The notes under the pieces were generated by a model. It was given only the letters and a program-made list of their open reading frames with translations, did not search any database and had not been told where the DNA came from. From a virus (Duplodnaviria > Caudoviricetes), in IMG/VR virus record IMGVR_UViG_3300030673_000044, positions 1 through 25,106 of that record: DNA of 25,106 bases. The stretch is one strand, 5' to 3'. Of the stretch, positions 22,410 through 25,106 are shown one piece after another. Position 1 is the first letter of the stretch. The number at the start of each line of letters is the position of its first letter. The position numbers and the translations under genes are program-made.

Positions 22410-23011
22410 CTGATACAACGACAGCGGAAGCCAGCACAAGTACCACCAACGCTGGGGACCAGACAACGACTGAAACCACGACCGTCGACCCGACGGCAGC
22501 CGAGGTGGCACAAACCACGGAAGACAAGACTGCGGAAACTGCAAAGTCCGCCGAGCCTGTCGTCCCTGAGAAGTACGACCTGCAGATGCCGGAGGGTGTT
22601 GAGCTTGACAGCGTAGCCGCTGACGAGTTCACAACGATTGCCAAGGACTTAAAACTCACACAGGACCAGGCGCAAAAGCTGGCGGGCGTTGCTGCTTCGA
22701 TGCAACAACGGCAAGCCGAAGCCCACGCCAAAACTGTTGAGACTTGGGTTGAGAGCGTCAAAACCGACAAAGAGATCGGCGGCGACAAGCTCAATGAGAA
22801 CTTGGCTGTTGCACGTAAAGCGATGGAAACCTTTGGCTCGCCCGAACTCAAGGACGTGCTGAATATGACGGGCTTTGGGAACCACCCGGCCATCATCAAA
22901 GCGTTTTACAAGATTGGTCAAGCGATCAGTCAAGACCAAATCGTTGTCGGCAAACCCAACCAGGGAACCGTTGACGATGTGGCCAAGAAAATGTTCCCCA
23001 ACATGAATTAA
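22406..23011 (+). CDS. Capsid scaffolding/assembly protein
   Basis: Acidic/Thr-rich N-terminus, PEKYD, LTQ.QAQKL, G.GNHP.IIK.F.KIG..IS.D; directly upstream of MCP. Confidence 0.85.
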   Translation: MTDTTTAEASTSTTNAGDQTTTETTTVDPTAAEVAQTTEDKTAETAKSAEPVVPEKYDLQMPEGVELDSVAADEFTTIAKDLKLTQDQAQKLAGVAASMQQRQAEAHAKTVETWVESVKTDKEIGGDKLNENLAVARKAMETFGSPELKDVLNMTGFGNHPAIIKAFYKIGQAISQDQIVVGKPNQGTVDDVAKKMFPNMN

Positions 23012-23027
23012 CTGAAAGGTACTTACC

Positions 23028-24020
23028 ATGGCTGCTCTCGCTGCTCAAAATCCCACCCTGCTCGACGTTGCACGTCGGACGGACCCCAACGGATCTATCG
23101 CGGACATTGTTGAACTGCTCAACCAAACAAACGATGTCTTGACTGATATGACCTGGATTGAGGGCAACCTCGAAACCGGCAATAAGACGACCGTTCGCAC
23201 CGGCCTGCCTGTCCCCACCTGGCGCAAGCTGTACGGCGGTGTTCAGCCCGCCAAGTCCACGACCGCGCAAGTGCAAGATGCTTGCGGTATGCTGGAAGCC
23301 TATGCCGAGATTGACAAGGCCCTGGCCGATTTGAACGGCAACACTGCGGCGTTCCGCCTGTCTGAAGACAGTGCCTTCATCGAGGGTATGTCCCAGACCC
23401 AAGCAACCACCCTGTTCTACGGCAACGAAGGCACCACGCCCGAAGCGTTCACCGGCCTGGCCCCACGCTACAACTCGCTGTCCGCGCAAAACGCCGACAA
23501 CATTGTGAACGCCGGGGGTATTGGTTCGGACAATACGTCCATTTGGCTGTGTGTCTGGGGTCCACAGACTGGCTTCGGCATCTACCCGAAGGGATCGCGT
23601 GGCGGATTGCAAATGCAGGACAAGGGCCAGGTAACCATTGAAAATGTGGATGGCAACGGTGGCCGGATGGAAGCCTACCGCACCCACTACCGTTGGGACG
23701 CTGGCTTGACAATCCGTGACTGGCGCTACTTTGTTCGTATCCCGAACATTGATGTGTCCGACCTGAACACCGTGGCCAACACGAAGAACTTGATCAACTG
23801 GATGGTGGCTGCTTCCGAGCGCATTCCTTCCTTTGGCAAGGGCCGCGCTTGCTGGTACGTGAATCGCACTATCCGCGAAAAACTACGTATCGGCATCCTG
23901 GAAAAGATAAGCAACAACCTGTCATGGGAAACCGTGGAAGGCAAGCGCGTGATGACGTTTGACGATATTCCCGTACGCCGCACCGACGCGCTGATCAATG
24001 CTGAAGCGCTCGTGTCCTAA
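23028..24020 (+). CDS. Major capsid protein (BPP-1 Bbp17-like)
   Basis: 330 aa; PTLLD....DP.G.I..IVELL.QTN, RTGLP..TWRKLYGGV, F.GL..RY, F..IPVR.TDAL; GAAAGG RBS. Confidence 0.93.
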   Translation: MAALAAQNPTLLDVARRTDPNGSIADIVELLNQTNDVLTDMTWIEGNLETGNKTTVRTGLPVPTWRKLYGGVQPAKSTTAQVQDACGMLEAYAEIDKALADLNGNTAAFRLSEDSAFIEGMSQTQATTLFYGNEGTTPEAFTGLAPRYNSLSAQNADNIVNAGGIGSDNTSIWLCVWGPQTGFGIYPKGSRGGLQMQDKGQVTIENVDGNGGRMEAYRTHYRWDAGLTIRDWRYFVRIPNIDVSDLNTVANTKNLINWMVAASERIPSFGKGRACWYVNRTIREKLRIGILEKISNNLSWETVEGKRVMTFDDIPVRRTDALINAEALVS

Positions 24021-24051
24021 TCACATCCTGAACTTAGAAAGGAACCCCATC

Positions 24052-24540
24052 ATGATTTTTGATTCCCGCAATGAGTTTGCCGATGCAGTGGCGCTCAACA
24101 CTGGTGCCGCTGGCACCTACCTGATCGGTTCGCAGATCGACGTATCGCTGGCCGGGGTGGCTCTTGCCCCTGGCAACATCGGTACTATCGATGACATGTA
24201 CCTTGTCATCAGCGTGGACACTGGTATCGCTGCGGCTTCGGCCGGCACGGTGCAGTTCAAGCTGGTGTCCGACGACTCAGCGGCCATCGCGGTCAACGGT
24301 ACGGCAACTGAGCACTTGACAACCCCCGCGTTTGTCACCGGCTCTGGCACCAGCACCGGTACGCTGAAGGCAGGCACCACCCTGTACGTGGCCGAGTTGC
24401 CCAAGGCGTTCAACTACGAGCGCTACCTGGGCCTCCTGCAATTGACTGGCACGACCGCTATCTCTGCGGGTAAGGTGAACGCATTCATCACAGGCGACCC
24501 TGCTGTGTGGGCCGCGTTTGATTCTCCTGCTCAAGCCTAA
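24052..24540 (+). CDS. Capsid cement/decoration protein (Bbp16-like)
   Basis: MIFD....F, ERYLGL, AGKVNAF; follows MCP; GAAAGGA RBS, ATG 24052. Confidence 0.8.
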   Translation: MIFDSRNEFADAVALNTGAAGTYLIGSQIDVSLAGVALAPGNIGTIDDMYLVISVDTGIAAASAGTVQFKLVSDDSAAIAVNGTATEHLTTPAFVTGSGTSTGTLKAGTTLYVAELPKAFNYERYLGLLQLTGTTAISAGKVNAFITGDPAVWAAFDSPAQA

Positions 24541-24553
24541 CTGAGGTAAGCCC

Positions 24554-24790
24554 ATGCAAGTCGTAGCACTCAAAGTGGGCTTCTTCGGTGGCACCTTGCG
24601 TCAGCCTGGCACCGTTTTTGATGTCCCGGAAGGCTCCAAGGCCAAGTGGTTTGCCCCGGCAACCACTGCAGCCAGTGAAGCAGCGAAACCCAAAGCCGCA
24701 CCAAAGCAACAACCCAAGGCCCTGTCCGAACTTCAGGGCCAGGCCAAGAGCTTTATTGCGGTGCACAGCGAAAAGTCTGATTTGGCTTAA
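24554..24790 (+). CDS. Small virion-module hypothetical protein
   Basis: GAGG RBS; V.A...GF.GG.LR.PG..FDV......KWF. Confidence 0.7.
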   Translation: MQVVALKVGFFGGTLRQPGTVFDVPEGSKAKWFAPATTAASEAAKPKAAPKQQPKALSELQGQAKSFIAVHSEKSDLA

Positions 24791-24793
24791 CCC

Positions 24794-25106
24794 ATGTCAG
24801 TTGCCTCGGTAACTACCTTCCCTTTTGAAACGTCCACCGACGTTGCGGTCACGACCTGGGCGCCCCTTCATCAGGATGACGACGGAGAAGCTGTAAGGCT
24901 CGCCGTCTATTCCGACAGATCAGTTCAAGTCTCCGGCACCTTTGGTGGGGCCAGCGTCACGATTGGCGGTAGCAACGACGGCGAGACATACCACGCATTG
25001 ACAGACACGCAGGGCAACGCCCTGACGCTGACTGGTGCTGCGCTCAAGGCCGTTATCGAGCTGCCCATATTCCTCAAGCCCCGCGTGTTTGGGGGCGATG
25101 GCACCA
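24794..25106 (+). CDS. Putative virion structural beta-sandwich protein, partial (runs off window)
   Basis: ATG 24794, open to the end: ...DRSVQVSGTFGGASVTIGGSNDGETY..LTD..G. Confidence 0.7.
   Translation, partial: MSVASVTTFPFETSTDVAVTTWAPLHQDDDGEAVRLAVYSDRSVQVSGTFGGASVTIGGSNDGETYHALTDTQGNALTLTGAALKAVIELPIFLKPRVFGGDGT

Larger units (their letters stand above)
1..25106. mobile_element. Tailed phage / prophage segment, BPP-1/BcepC6B/APSE-like podovirus type (ends not in window)
   Basis: Continuous phage gene content: endolysin-holin, PolA/DUF2815/DUF2800/SNF2/VRR-NUC module, primase-helicase, terS-terL-portal-scaffold-MCP-cement; no host housekeeping genes. Confidence 0.95.

Noticed and set aside
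1-25106. Diversity-generating retroelement, expected from the BPP-1-like gene set
   Set aside because: No reverse transcriptase ORF and no TR/VR pair differing at adenines seen; tail genes are outside the window

Overview
The whole window is one tailed-phage or prophage segment with a BPP-1/BcepC6B/APSE-like podovirus gene set, probably from a Burkholderiales (Comamonadaceae-like) host. It runs as follows: a rightward lysis cassette (GH108 endolysin, frameshifted; holin-like gene); a leftward early arm (DUF5664, SNF2 helicase, VRR-NUC, family A DNA polymerase, NUMOD4 remnant, DUF2815 SSB, DUF2800 nuclease, many small ORFs); a divergent control region with a Cro-like HTH gene; then rightward a two-frame C5 DNA methyltransferase, primase-helicase, a putative origin, an HTH gene, terminase, portal, scaffold, major capsid and cement genes. 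No integrase, att site, CRISPR array or DGR is visible. At least six apparent nonsense or frameshift lesions in accessory and lysis genes suggest a decaying prophage or sequence errors. The most interesting signals are non-coding. (1) A P4-CI/P1-C4-like antisense RNA fold at ~14009-14074 has bipartite complementary targets upstream and at the start of the primase-helicase gene. (2) A 42-bp double-hairpin repeat sits in frame inside two unrelated proteins and flanks a small domain. (3) A tRNA-like cloverleaf without an anticodon loop is nested in a 22-bp stem. (4) A GTGTCCGT motif sits at fixed spacing from -10 boxes before three late genes. (5) There are five copies of a 16-bp operator. All family assignments come from motif recognition by eye; no database searches were run.
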